NCBI GenBank assembly: GCA_964016885.1
Contig: OZ024751.1
Span: 37,944,001-38,008,000, forward strand
Direction: 5' to 3'
DNA from: Eledone cirrhosa
Taxonomy: Eukaryota
DNA: 64,000 nt
The translations under genes and the position numbers were made by a program. This document shows, piece after piece, positions 42,570 through 57,050 of the stretch; position 1 is the first letter of the stretch, and every line of letters begins with the position of its first letter. The notes under the pieces are model-generated. The model was not told the origin of the DNA and ran no database searches. It saw nothing but the letters and a program-made list of their open reading frames with translations.

Positions 42570-42958
42570 CTGACCTGGTGGTTGTGGACAAAGAAAAAAG
42601 ATCGTGCCTGATTGTGGATGTGGCCTGCCCGTTCGACACGAGAGTGCAAGAGAAGGAGAGGGAGAAAATTAACCGATACCAGGACCTAAAGTGGGAGGTG
42701 AAAAGGATTTGGAACTGCCATGAAGTCAAAGTGATCCCGATTGTCATAGGCGCACTGGGGACTATCTCCAAAGGTTTCCAGGGATGGTTAAAGAAAATCG
42801 GCCCCTTCACGCTTTTTGGAACGCTTCAAAAGGCATGCTTGCTTGGAACGGCAAGAACCCTCCGATACGTCCTGAATATCTGAGGCTGCAGGTAGTGGCT
42901 TGATATTCAATCCAACGGACTTTCCAGTTAACCAACATCAATGACTGAGATTCAAGGA
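42569..42958 (+). mobile_element. 5'-truncated Dong/R4-clade non-LTR retrotransposon (REL endonuclease plus 3' UTR) in (TAA)n
   Basis: PDLVVVDKEKRSCLIVDVACPFD...KEREKINRYQDL...IPIVIGALG...LQKACLLGTARTLRYVL has the PD..D REL motif; stop at 42883; (TAA)n on both sides. Confidence 0.85.
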
Positions 42959-42969
42959 ATAACAATAAC

Positions 42970-43001
<32 letters not shown>

Positions 43002-43524
43002 TAATAATAACAATAATAATAATAAACAAACAAACAGCTAAATGAATAAATACACAAATATACTTCTTTTAAATATGAAGTAATACATATTCTGTATAAA
43101 ATGAGTACCTTGAGGCGATCGAGAAACAATGCGAAAAATGTTTATATTTTGTTGGTTTTTCTTAGAATTTTTTCAGATGACATAACTTTTTTATTTTATT
43201 TTTCATTACGAAGGGACTAAATATATGCAGTTTTTTTTTTTACATATTTATATGCTGTTGTCTATTATTTATTATATTATATTTCATCCCACTTTACACT
43301 TAAATGCTTCGGTTTGAAAAATATATTCCTGAGCGAAAGAAAAAAATTATCTCCATAAGGTGTTGTGTTGTGTTCTTAAAACACACACACAGCCACGCAT
43401 GCAAACATACACACACATATACACACATATAAATACACAACACATACATACACACATATACATACACACAACCACACATACATATATATATATATATATA
43501 TTTGTATATATATACATATATATA

Positions 43525-43585
<61 letters not shown>

Positions 43586-43587
<2 letters not shown>

Positions 43588-43962
43588 CGGCGATGAATTA
43601 GTTTTGCGAGGATTTTGATATGAAATCGTGTGTCGAAACAAATATTTGTATACTTGGGGAACACACTCACTGTTTGGTTGGTTTTCGCTTCTGTGTATTT
43701 TATAACGGTTAATTTAATTTATTTGGTCCTCAATGTTACCATTGACTGACCAACGATCAAAAATACAGATACAATATAGACACAAACACATATATATAGT
43801 CTAACAAAGTTCTTTCATTGCACATCTGCAACATCGTCAGTGGTGCTATTATGTTTCCTCCTGTTGTATTGTATGCCTACGCCATCTTTATTTAGTGAGT
43901 GTGTTCTGTTATTAATTCTGGCAATATTATTACACAAATATGACCCTCACCAAGTATAACAA
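43586..43962 (-). mobile_element. Family D pLTR element (diverged) with inverted terminal piece
   Basis: Tail 43586-43665 and 'cctacgccatctt' are homologous to the 32-kb element; + strand 'tgaccctcaccaagtataacaat' at 43940-43963. Confidence 0.7.
43803..43847 (-). ncRNA. Type I hammerhead ribozyme (family D variant)
   Basis: Reverse complement: agcacca CTGACGA t GTTGCA gatg TGCAAT GAAAGAACTT tgtt; stem II covaries with the copy at 32365. Confidence 0.7.
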
Positions 43963-44046
43963 TATATATATATATGCAGGTAAACGATCAGTTATATATA
44001 GACACGCCCCCCCCCCCCCCACCCCACCACCACACACACTTATGTG

Positions 44047-44081
<35 letters not shown>

Positions 44082-44427
44082 ATATATATACATGTATATA
44101 TATGTATATATAATTTCTTTTATTTGCCATATTTCTCTTTTTGAAATGTTTATAGTTTAGGTTTTGTGTTATGTTCCATCTTCGAAGTTGGCATCATTTT
44201 GTATTTCAATTTGATGTTTCAAGTTAGAAAATATTCTCTACGTAGCTATAGCTGTGTGGTTAAGACGTTTGTTCTGCTCCAGCAATGGTTTCAGATCGGT
44301 TCCTTATTCAATCGTGTAGTAGTTCACTTCTAGCATGTGTCTCGAACTTCGAAATTACAGACTTGGATTGATAAATATTTTGTGATTGGAATTTCGAAGG
44401 CGGGAAAAGACATTTGTAGAGATTATA

Positions 44428-45061
44428 TCATCATCATCATCATTCGTCGACTACTGTCGAGATGATGGATCTCACTCTCGTGCCCCAGAATTCTCTGTCC
44501 CCCATCGCTGCCTCCAGGTCCCGTCTGCTGATTCCCGTATCCCTAGATATAACTGTTTCTACTTTTTAGGCACAAGGCCAGCAATTACCCAGTGCATTAC
44601 TGGTACTTTATTTTATCGACCCCGTAAGGATGAAAGGCAAAGTCAACCTCGGCGGGATTTGAACTCAGATCGTAAAGGGACGTAACTAACGTCAGGGAAT
44701 GACAGCTTCTTACTCCTAGTCAGGCTGGAGTCAGGGTTCCAGAGCAAGAGAGCGGATATGATTTCATTGCTGGCACGGTGACAGTGGCCAGCAAATTGAG
44801 CTCTCCGGGATTTTAGAAGGGCAGAGGCTCGAGGGAGTTTGCCATAGATTTTAGACAAGGTGGGATGTCGTTTCCAGGATAGGTTTTGCACTCTCATTAA
44901 GAGGTGGGTATATGTGCCATCCAATCTCCTCTCAAGTTGTGATGTTAGTGTCCAATGTCATGCACGCCATATGGACATCTCAACTTACCAACGAGCTAAA
45001 ACTGGAAATATACCAAGCAACCATTAAGCCCATATTACTTTATGGATCCGAAACTTGTACA
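44428..45061 (-). mobile_element. RTE-clade LINE 3' end with 5' inversion and nested SINE
   Basis: - strand: LTSQLERRLDGTYTHLL...FAGHCHR...LLLWNP...LSFPDV [SINE] ISRDTGI...MGDREFW...DE* then a (TGA)n tail. + strand ~44958-45061: MHAIWTSQL...IKPILLYGSETCT. Confidence 0.85.
44552..44688 (-). mobile_element. 5'-truncated SINE nested in the RTE ORF
   Basis: Reverse complement 'gagttcaaatcccgccgaggttgactttgcctttcatccttacggggtcgataaaataaagtaccag'. Confidence 0.85.
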
Positions 45062-45203
45062 CAGAGAATATATACTTATCTATACATGTGTGTGAGTGTG
45101 GTGTGGTGTCGGGGTGGGGTGGGGTATTTTTTATATCCTTATGTGGTTGACGGCTGACGGACAAATGTACTCAATACCAGCGTATAGTTTTATTATTCAT
45201 ATA

Positions 45204-45251
45204 CTTCTCTGGTGACCATGTAGTAAACAGGCGAAACTCCAGAGTAACAAG
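45204..45251 (+). ncRNA. Degenerate hammerhead motif
   Basis: cttct CTGGTGA ccatgtagtaaacaggc GAAACTC ca GAGT A acaag. One core substitution; an 'attgagtac' tail lies on the opposite strand at ~45167. Confidence 0.55.
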
Positions 45252-45299
45252 ACTCACTTTTTAGCCTTGATATATTGAATATATATATATATATATAAA

Positions 45300-45473
<174 letters not shown>

Positions 45474-45633
45474 TGTGTGTGCGTGTGTGTTTGTGTATTG
45501 GACATGTTGCGATCTTATTAGACCTAGGCGAAATATATTCACTTTTCAGATATTGCCAATACCTAATTATATACATGTATAGACACATACATACACGTAC
45601 ACATATACGCACATACGCAGATATACGCATATA

Positions 45634-45683
<50 letters not shown>

Positions 45684-46294
45684 TATTTCCATGTAACAAC
45701 ATGTATATGTGTGTAATTGAGTATACTATCGCTACCGTAATTGTTAACTGAACGATAAGTGAAACTGCATCTGTGTGTATCATTCGCTTCGTTTACCGAA
45801 AAATCTATCACTCACAGACAGACACTGACACACACGCATAAACACACACATATACACACACTGACATACAGTGTACACATACACATACACAGGCACACAT
45901 TCACACAATCTCACATACTCAGAAAGACACACACACACGCACACACTGTTACACAAGTACACATACATATACATATGTGCAAACCCTCAAAGACACACTT
46001 ACCCTCAATTTACATATACACACTCTCACCAATAAAATATCTGATGTTTTTGTTCAATTCTTTGTTTCGTATTCAGCTTTTATATTTTTCCCCTTTTAAC
46101 TTTTATTCCCTCTTTTTTTTCCCTAAACTTTACCTGGTTATCTCACCATTGATCCGAATTGTTCCCTAATCAACCTTGATATATCAAATTATGGTTTACT
46201 TGTGGCTTCTTCCAAAGTTTCTTTACCAAGTACGTTTACAAGTAAATTTGGTGAGTCACTCAGTTCCCATTTTGTATATATGTACATTTTTATA

Positions 46295-46336
<42 letters not shown>

Positions 46337-46372
46337 CTTTTGTGTATATATATATATATATATATTATCTTT

Positions 46373-46418
<46 letters not shown>

Positions 46419-46462
46419 CTTTTGTATATATATATATATATATAAATATATATTATCTTTTG

Positions 46463-46521
<59 letters not shown>

Positions 46522-47323
46522 ACGCGTGTGTGTGTGTGTTTGTGTGTGAATAAATACATCCCATCTTTTGTTACTATTCAATTCGTTCGATTTGTTATCG
46601 TCTGCCTTGATAAACTGATCGGATGGAAGGACGCAGATGTCTTCTCTGGTCAATTTCTGACAATGTTTCGTTCTTATTTTTTCACCGAAATATACTATTT
46701 ATTTATTTATACATTCACTTACTTATTTATATATATATATTCATTCGCTTTTTTGTTTTTGTTTTTGTGGTATTAATGAAATGATTTTCGTAAGATAGCA
46801 GGATGGTTATCTCAGGCAAGTATAAAATTAGAAGATTCGAGGCCTAGTGGTTACAGTGTTGTATTGAACACAATGATATCGAAGGCTGGTGTCATTTCCT
46901 GCACCTGTTGGTTCATTGTGACCTAGAGCAAGACACTTCTTTTCTTGTTAGTTAACATCGTAGGACTGGGGTGGCGGTGGCTTTTATAAGTAAAACTGTC
47001 AATAAACCTACTGCGAGGTGCAACTTCGTATAAAAGCATCTAATGTTTCCATTTTTCAAATATATACCTATATACCTATCTTCGAATTTATGCCATCATC
47101 ATCACTCAATCTGAAGTCGTGTTTCGTTCACCTTTTCTTCATTTTAATTGGGGAAAGAAAGACATTGCCTATGGCACATTTCAGGATCTCAAAAACTATA
47201 GCAAGATTACAGACATTCCCAAACCAAATTTTTGGAATTCCTTTTTGTAAATCTCAGAAACTTAGATGTTAAACGATCTGGATATTTCAGTTAGTTTGGA
47301 GTCAACAAATTGACAAAGGTCTC

Positions 47324-47359
<36 letters not shown>

Positions 47360-47366
47360 CAGTAGC

Positions 47367-47415
<49 letters not shown>

Positions 47416-47428
47416 ATAGTAGTAGTAA

Positions 47429-47464
<36 letters not shown>

Positions 47465-47500
47465 CAGTAGCAGTAGTAGTAGTAGTAGTAGTAGTAGTAA

Positions 47501-47545
<45 letters not shown>

Positions 47546-48112
47546 CACTGGGATTGATGTAATCGATGTACTTCCGACAAGGTTTACCGACCTGTGCCCA
47601 TGTTGGAAATATTACCGTAGTCATCGTCATCACAATCAACCTCCTCTTGCACCTCATCCCCTTCCTCATCCCCCTCCTCTTTCACCTCCTCCTCCTCATC
47701 ATCATCATCATCAACATTCTCCTTGACTTCATCATCATCATTGCTGTTGTTGTTTGTGATGATGTTATTGTTCTTGTTGATATTAATATTATCGTTATTA
47801 TTATCATTGTTGTTGTTGGCACTGTTGTTGTTGTTGGTGGTGGTGGTGGTAGTGGTGGTGTTGTTGTTGTTGGTGGTGGTGTTGTTGGTGGTGGTGGTGT
47901 TGTTGTTGTTGTTGGTGGTGGTGTTGTTGGTGGTGGTGGTGTTGTTGTTGTTGGTGGTGGTGGTGGTGGTGGTGTTGTTGTTGTTGGTGGTGGTGGTGTT
48001 GTTGGTGGTGGTGGTGTTGTTGTTTTTGTTGTTGTTGGTGGTGGTGGTGGTGGTGGTGGTGGTGTTGTTGTTGTTGGTGGTGGTGGTGGTGGTGTTGTTG
48101 TTGGTGGTGGTG

Positions 48113-48144
<32 letters not shown>

Positions 48145-48395
48145 GGTGGTGGTGTTGTTGTTGGTGGTGGTTTTGGTAGTGGTGTTGTTGTTGTTGTTGT
48201 TATTGGTGGCGGCGGTGGTGGTGTTGTTGGTGGTGTTGTTGTTGTTGGTGGTGGTGTTGTTGGTGGTGGTGGTGTTGTTGTTGTTGGTGGTGGTGGTGGT
48301 GGTGGTGTTGTTGTTGTTGGTGGTGGTGGTGTTGTTGGTGGTGGTGGTGTTGTTGTTTTTGTTGTTGTTGGTGGTGGTGGTGGTGGTGGTGGTGG

Positions 48396-48426
<31 letters not shown>

Positions 48427-48445
48427 GTTGTTGTTGGTGGTGGTG

Positions 48446-48477
<32 letters not shown>

Positions 48478-48682
48478 GGTGGTGGTGTTGTTGTTGGTGG
48501 TGGTTTTGGTAGTGGTGTTGTTGTTGTTGTTGTTATTGGTGGCGGCGGTGGTGGTGTTGTTGGTGGTGTTGTTGTTGTTGGTGGTGGTGTTGTTGGTGTT
48601 GTTGGTGTTGTTGTTGGTGGTGGTGGAGGTGGTGGCGGTGGTGGTGTTGTTGTTGTTGTTGGTGGTGGTGGTGTTGTTGGTG

Positions 48683-48714
<32 letters not shown>

Positions 48715-49133
48715 GGTGGTGGTGGTGGTGGTGGTGGTGGTGGTGGTGGTGGTGGTGGTGTTGTTGCTGTTGTTATTGGTGGTGGTGGTGTTGTTGTTGT
48801 TTTTGTTGCTATTTTGAAATGTTCAGGGTTGTAATAATCTCAATCGTAAGTTAGTATTGCATGAAATTGAATCAGTTGTAGATGTCATGAAATGTAATCT
48901 GTTCTGGATAGGAACTACATGGAAGAGGGTGGGTGGAGGGTTACATAAGGAGGGGGCAAGTGAAGAAGAAGTGGGGGAGGAGGGGAAGAGGTGGAGAAGA
49001 AGAAGAAGAAGAAGAAGAAGAAGAAGAAGAAGAAGAAGAAGAAGAAGAAGAAGAAGAAGAAGAAGAAGAAGAAGAAGACAACCAACAGCAACAACAAGAT
49101 GACGATGATTATGAAGACAATGACGATGATGAC

Positions 49134-49168
<35 letters not shown>

Positions 49169-49254
49169 CGACGATGACGAAGAAGAAGACGAAGAACAAC
49201 AACGACAAGAACAAGAACTACAACGACAGCACCACCAGCAGCACCACCACCACC

Positions 49255-49285
<31 letters not shown>

Positions 49286-49312
49286 GCAACACTAACAACA
49301 ACAACAACATCA
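47324..49312. repeat. Run of successive trinucleotide arrays: (GTA)n, (GTT/GGT)n with an internal ~300-bp duplication, (GAA)n, (GAT)n, (CAC/CAA)n
   Basis: Direct reading; landmarks 'ttttggtagt' and 'ggcggcggt' each occur twice about 333 bp apart. Confidence 0.95.
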
Positions 49313-49796
49313 ACCTCAAGTACAGTTTAAAATGGGAGAACAGAGATATTGTGAAGATGGAAAAAGAGGGAAATTTAGTAAATCTCTCTCAGAAAATGTC
49401 TCTCTGATTGATGTGGAATAGCTGCCAGATAATGACTATTGCTGCAACACCATTTTAGCTGATCGTGACAGAGTCATTTCGTTGATATCGTAGTTATAGT
49501 TAGAGTGGTATTACATTGGTGCCAACAATATATTTTGTATTCGCTAGAGGATAAACAGACATATATACAGATAGAGAGGCAAACATATATACACAAACAT
49601 ATATACACATCTGTCTTTTTTTACCCTTTCTATCTATCTCTTCTTCTCTCCCTCTCTCTGTTCCTCTATCTCTGTTCTTCTCTCTCTCTCTCTCTCTCTG
49701 TTCCTCTATCTCTGTTCTTCTCTCTCTCACTATCTCTTCCTCTCTCTCTATATATATAAATATATATATATATGTATATATATATATGCATGTATG

Positions 49797-49903
<107 letters not shown>

Positions 49904-50061
49904 CAACGTTAAGACTATTGTTGTTTGAGAAAAATGCGAATATCTCTATATATTGTGTTATGTAATGTTAAATAATATTACATACGTATCTAACATACAT
50001 ATATGGTTATATATATATATATATATATACGTATACATACGTATATATAGATATACATATA

Positions 50062-50110
<49 letters not shown>

Positions 50111-50544
50111 GTGGGTGTGGGTGTATTAAGAGGTTCTTAATTTGAAATCAGTCCAACTGGTCTTCGAAGTCCTTGACGTCGTCTAGATGATTCTCAATTA
50201 TAAAACCATTCAGATACAAGATTGTGGTCAAACCTTTGATATGTTGAGACATGAAACATGAGGTCAACGCCCGTACCGATCTAATTAATAAGATCGATCA
50301 AACAAATTTAATTTTCTATATTTAACTTTAACAAGGTTCGAAATTTAGAACATTGATTTTTATCAGACACAATTTTATACACAACCTCGCACGGGTAAAA
50401 TTAGATATTCGTCAAATAGAGATCGATATATTAAGTTCAAGACTAAAGATATTTCTCTAGGACAAAATGATCGACTAAATCGTTAAAGATGGTGCCCCGA
50501 TATGGTAGAAGGACAGTGACTGGAACCAGTAAAACAAATGTACA

Positions 50545-50770
50545 AATGAAGGCTGTGTATTGACATTATCAGTACAGCGTCGGACAAAATGCTTTGCAGT
50601 ATAGAGCTACGACCCTTCACGTTCTGAGTTCAAACTCCGCCGAGGTTAACTTTGCCTTTCATCCTTACGGGGTCCATAAAATAAAGTACCTGTCACGCAC
50701 AGGGGTCGATTTAATTGACTGTCCCCTGCCCCAAACTTGCTGGCCTTGCGCCTATATAAGAAGCCAGTAT
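50545..50770 (+). mobile_element. tRNA-derived SINE (Meta-like domain) followed by (GTA)n
   Basis: 'gagttcaaactccgccgaggttaactttgcctttcatccttacggggtccataaaataaagtacc'. Confidence 0.8.
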
Positions 50771-50781
50771 TATTATTGGTG

Positions 50782-50812
<31 letters not shown>

Positions 50813-50813
50813 C

Positions 50814-50880
<67 letters not shown>

Positions 50881-51569
50881 TGTAAGCAACGAATGAGAAG
50901 ACATGTTTATTAACTGAAAAGATTCTTTGGACTCGGTAAAGTTCATATCGACTGGAGGAGATATATTTTTACAATTTTTTGTTACATAATACATATTTTA
51001 CCGATCACTGAACTAAAATTTAAAAAAAATAGCTAAGACAACATCTTGTTTAATTCACAGTCGTATAGTACTGAGATTAGTCAGTTAAAGAAATCCTTGT
51101 GTCTTTTATATGTATTTGTACTAAATTGCTCTCTTCTACTAATCTGGAAGCACTGAGATTTTCCTAAGTGGGTGTATGTTAACGGTTTGCTAATTCACTT
51201 TGGAATTTGTCCACAAAGAATCTGGATTAACTTTAATCCATCTCCCGATGTCCACGTTTTCCATCCGCCAACACAGATTCAATTTGTATCGTCCTGACAT
51301 GACAGTGTATCTAATACAATATACAAATATATACACAATCTACAGAAACGTCAACGACATTTACACAGAAAATGGTAAGTTGCACTAAAGAATAGTGGCA
51401 AATATATATAAGCCTCCATAGACAGAAGTTGTAGAAATGGACGATGAGTGTATGAAATCACACACATGGATAAATACACACACACACATTCTGATAAACG
51501 CAAACACATACGCATCTTCCTTTGTATATATCCCCCTTATATATATATGTGTGTGTGATTGTGAATGTA

Positions 51570-51657
<88 letters not shown>

Positions 51658-52539
51658 GCATCTTAGGTGATATTCTGAAATCCAAACAAGGCGGATTCTG
51701 TCATAGTTGCTGAAAGAAAAGGAAAGATAGCTGAGTGTGTCACGTGATATGGGACACAATCGGTATTTTGTTGCTTGCCTTATAAGGAGGGCAAAAAGGT
51801 GTGTTTGTGATTTTCTATTAGCTCCAACTCTGTAGTCAATAGTGGGGTGGAATGATATTAAAGGGCTCTTTTCAGTCAAACAGAAATTAAACCAAGTTAA
51901 TCTATTTCTGAACAGGTACGTTCTTTCTGAACAGGTACGTTCTTTCTTGCCCAGCGGGTACATGTATGCCTAAGACCTAGGTACGGAGGTTTCAATCTGC
52001 AGCCAAGAGAAAACAGACACGATGGTATGGAATTTATGTTGTTAAGTTTTTAAAGAGGCTAAGCGCAAATGTCTTGTTGTACATTTTCTCTGCTCTGTAA
52101 AATCGTTCCTACACGAACACAGAATCTACTTATATTTTGAACATATTTATGCGGTTTTGTTAATCCCCAACGCTTAGGAAGGACCTTATAACATGCATGG
52201 TAAAACAACTTCATTCCTTAATCAACAAACACCTCTAGAAAAACGACAAACTCTATGAATAATTCAACAGAAACAATACAAAAGTCATTTATTGCTGAAC
52301 CCCAAACTATAAAACCCAGTGAAACACTTAAATGCGGATCTTCATCATGGCAGCAGTCCAGTGACTAAACAAGAAACAGAGTCAAAGAGAAAATAGCTGA
52401 GGAGCAATAAATTTAAAATGGTTGTCACTTGACGATTCATGCGAAAATGAAAGGTTGAAGGGTTTATAGACCAGCGTACGCACATACGCACGCAAACACT
52501 CATGTACCCACATACACACTCATAGGCAAACATAAACGT

Positions 52540-52583
<44 letters not shown>

Positions 52584-52592
52584 CGTCTTACG

Positions 52593-52653
<61 letters not shown>

Positions 52654-52954
52654 GTAAGGCAAACAAATAGAGATATACAAAAACCTTAACTAGTTATTGA
52701 CATATCTACAAAAACACGTGAATATATAAACATCCAAAGAAATAAAGAGATAAATACATAAATGCAAATGTTAGTGTGTACACGTATTCATTGTATCACA
52801 TAAAAATGAATGTTCATATATAGATACATATAAAATTGATCAAATCTTTGTACGCCATGTCTTCATATATTCCTATACATGCATGAGATGTTCAAACAAT
52901 GACAGGATGTTGGAATCTATCATATATCCATGTTTATGCAACTTAATAACATTA

Positions 52955-53062
52955 CGCTGACGTGGCTCTGGTGTTAAGGAGTTCGCTTCATACTCCCACA
53001 GTTTCTGGGTTCAATTACCCTCTAGTATCGCATTTTTTAAGGGTGTTCTACTATAGCTTCGA
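52955..53062 (+). mobile_element. Degenerate tRNA-derived SINE of another family
   Basis: 'gacgtggctctggtgttaagg...gggttcaattaccc...ttctactatagc'; related fragments at ~44245-44395 (+) and ~60540-60620 (-). Confidence 0.5.
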
Positions 53063-53143
53063 ATTTTACAGTGAAATTTGGTAAGCGTAATCTATGCGGA
53101 AGGCCAGAGTATTTGTGCAGTGTATATAAGTATATATATATTT

Positions 53144-53228
53144 ATAGTGTGGTAAGGAACCAGGTGGACCATAACGAAATAGCCGTCGAAACGGGTTGAG
53201 CTCTGCCGTCGGGGTCTTGAACATTTTC

Positions 53229-53230
<2 letters not shown>
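53144..53230. mobile_element. Family B fragment with inversion
   Basis: 53144-53176 is the reverse complement of the family B tail end, joined to + strand 'agccgtcgaaacgggttgagctctgccgtcggggtc'. Confidence 0.65.
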
Positions 53231-53260
<30 letters not shown>

Positions 53261-54081
53261 GATACCATTTATATACATATATGTTTGCCTATGCGTGTGT
53301 TTACATACATTATATATACGTATGTGTGTGTCAGTGTGCGTGTATGTCTATTTATTTTAAATAGATATTAGATTTAGTTGGAAGGCCGCACTAAAGTGGA
53401 CAGCTGACTGGCATATATTCCCATAGGACGATGACTAGTTTAGTATTGGTACAAATCTCAACGGCTCATCTATTCTTGTCTCACAGGTACGGAGTTAATG
53501 TTGCCAAGACTGTCAATTATTGTCAGAATTTAATATACAATATTATTCGAGTATGGGATATCGAAGGCGAAGACGAGAATCGTTACTTAGAATGTAATGG
53601 GTGATATGGGAAAATATTCAAACAAATGATCAAATTGTCATTCATCTTTTAAAGTTTAAAGGATTTCCTACGTCACAGATCTGATTCATCAATGGGTTTT
53701 GCCCATTAAGGAACTTTAAAATAATTACTGCTTATATGTTGGCTAATATGTTCAACAAAATATCATTGCATTGTGCATAAGGTGGGTTGATATACACATA
53801 CACAGACAGACAGACAGACAGACTAATGCGTTTTATAACACGAGGGTCTCGTTAAACAAAGAGAAGAAAGTAAAAGAAAGAAGGAAAAAGGGCAAGAAGA
53901 CGTGTTAAATATAAAGCACTGATATTATTAAGGGTGAAGAGAAACACACATACATACATACATTTATATATATATATATATATTTATATATATACATATA
54001 TATATATATATAAATATATTATATATATATATATATGCACATGATAATAATGGTTGACGGACCCAGCAGATTTATATATGT

Positions 54082-54127
<46 letters not shown>

Positions 54128-54763
54128 TGCTTCATTTCATCGCATTACATTTAAATATATTTGAATCAACCCACTCAAGATATGAAAAATTAAATATATA
54201 TTTTCTCTTGTCCAATCATATAGAACGCACGTGATATAACCAAGAAAATGAACGAAAATCAAAAAAACTGCAGGAATATTCGAGAAAATTGTTTTCTGAT
54301 TCGCCATCTTAGATTCCAACCGTCAAATTGCATTTAATTAAAGCAATTACACTAATTGGATATGAAATTGTCATGCAATACTTTAATGCTACTTAATTGT
54401 TTTATTGAACAGATATATACACCAATGTATTGTTCTGTATTGATAGTACGATGTATGTAGAAATGTGTAGATGTGTATAGAACTCTCTTGACGTTTGCAG
54501 ATGTGTAATTGTATGTAGATGTGTGTAGATGTGTGTGTATATAATTAATGTAAGGTAATCATATACTGTATTAACAATTCCCGGCCAGTTTTTATTTTCA
54601 TGTTCGTATATTTTTGTGTTGCTGGTGTTGTTGTTGCTGTAGTTATTTTCACTCTTAATTTTATTTAAAATGAATATCTTTTCTTTTCCTGACTCCATTG
54701 TATCTATGACACCTACGCATATATGTATCTATGTACACACACACATACACACAAACACACGCG

Positions 54764-54846
<83 letters not shown>

Positions 54847-57018
54847 TATGTATGTATGTATCTATGTATGCAGATATATGTGTATATATATATATATTTG
54901 TGTGTGAGAGTATGGAAATTAGTAATTTTCACTGTAATAATTATTTTTTTGTAATAGTCTTTCAACTAATAATTCTGAAGATGAAACCTGTCTGTGATTT
55001 CCTTTGTCAAAGATATTCTAGTCTAATGTATTTTCATTTTATCTCCTGTAGTATCGAAGGGAAGATTCTAGAAGATGCGTTTGTTTTTCACATCTGTTGC
55101 TCTCCATGTTAGATAAGTGACATGACGACTAGTTCTGTAGACTATGACGCATAATATCTAAAAGTATGTGGCGGTTTCAGGGAAGCTACGCTGATATTCG
55201 TCTTTTTTAATCAATATAGAATATAGCTCCACTTGAAACATGGGAATATCTGAACGAAACAGAACGAAACAGATATATTTTCAAAGTTCTAGGGGGCAAT
55301 GGTGATCAGTTATATACATGGTACCTATTTATAACTATATATACTAAGGTTGTGCGATATACTTGTATTTGCTTAGATTTAGCGTTTGTCGTGATGACTT
55401 CATAATACAAGATGGTGGCTCTTCAGTCATCAAGCCTACATACTACCAGTGAACACTAAAGCTAATTCTGTCTAACGAATGGCACACACATTTAAGCCTT
55501 ATAATTAAGATAAAACCACTTTCCAACAAACTGTTTTCAAAACGTACACTGGTGAGCATATAGTTGTGTTCTTTTAAAGACGTATTTGATAACAGTAAAC
55601 ACTAGAAGGCTACACGAATCCTTTTATTTTATTCAGGATTAAATGCTTGAATGCGAGACAACTCACCAAAAACTCACGAAGCTATTACTTCCATTTTAAC
55701 CTTAAATTTCACAATAACAAATAGTGATTTCAAAGAAAACTGTGGTAGGAACATATTTCTGTTAGATTGAATACTACAAGCTACGTGATCCATTTTATTT
55801 TATTCAACAGTTGATGTAAATTCTTCGCTAATACCTAAGAAACTACTATTTGTTTCTTTGTTTCGACGTGAAGATTTATTGTTTTAACTTAAGACACTAG
55901 CACAGGAAATTAAATACAGTGTCGTCGGCTGGATGTAATGTGGTGGAAATAGTTTAGTATTTTATTAGTGCTATTACATTTCCAAGTTTATAAACTCGAT
56001 GGAATCAAAACCAGCTGTTAGTTGCAATGTACAAGAGTATGGTGGTTTCTGAATAATTCTTGTCAGTTTCAAGTTAAATAACTGAACTAGTTAATAATAT
56101 TCTTTATAAAACATAGTTTTCGAATTTCATTTAGAAACATTGGAAACGTATTTTTGCTTTGTTATTGATGGAAAACTAATCTCCAACGTTTAGCAAATAC
56201 AGACTGCGACTAAATTACACTCCAGGAAGCTAATTAAATGTATTGAGTAGCTAAATTATTTCACATTGTTCCAACATCCTGCTTTACAATCTCGGTCCTG
56301 TTAGTAATAAATCTTAGTATAAGACTGATTTCAAATTAGTTAAGAGAATTTACAATCGCTAATGACTATGTTAATCATTAATTAACCCAAAGTAGAAATA
56401 CATAATGTTTAATTAATCTCATTTGTGTCAGGACATGAACACTTAAGCCTATATTCTAAAAATAATTCCAGATGTAGAGAGATCATTTGCGTTGCATTGA
56501 AGTATTGTATTGGAATATTTGTCAAAACATGTGACGTTACCTGCCTTAGATTCCATGCCTAGTTTAGAAATAGTTTGTTTATCGTAGTTAGGAAGAAGAG
56601 AATAAATGGACAACTCACCGTTATATTCTTTGAAAGAGAATTAGCAGACAGAACACGTTGAACTGAGATCGAAAACCAATATAATAACTAACTTGAATTT
56701 ATCTCTGCTTCATGTAATTTACTGTTGGTTGGTGGAGGAGGTATGTTCGGATAGCTCAAATTTCCTTCCTCCTCATCTCATTACAAATAAATATCATAGA
56801 ACCAATTGCATATTGTACAATCTGTTGATTATAAAAATAAAACATAAAAACATAAAGCACAAAATACAAAAAGTACTAATTGATTAATTAGCAACAGGTG
56901 TTTAATTATAAACGGATTCGTTGTTAAAACATCCAATTATAGCCAGTACCCTCACCTCTATACTTGTAGAGATAAATCTCATGTCTTCCTAACTCTCTCC
57001 ACTCACCTTCTCTTTCTT

Positions 57019-57050
<32 letters not shown>

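Noticed and set aside
47262-49407. Gly/Val-rich and Glu/Asp/His-rich ORFs
   Set aside because: Pure codon runs, open in several frames, with no splice or domain evidence.
51905-51947. 19-bp direct duplication 'tttctgaacaggtacgttc'
   Set aside because: A simple tandem duplication with nothing inserted between the copies.
54975-54992. CTGAAGA-T-GAAAC-CT-GTC hammerhead-like core
   Set aside because: No stem II, no convincing stem I and no homologous copy; likely chance.
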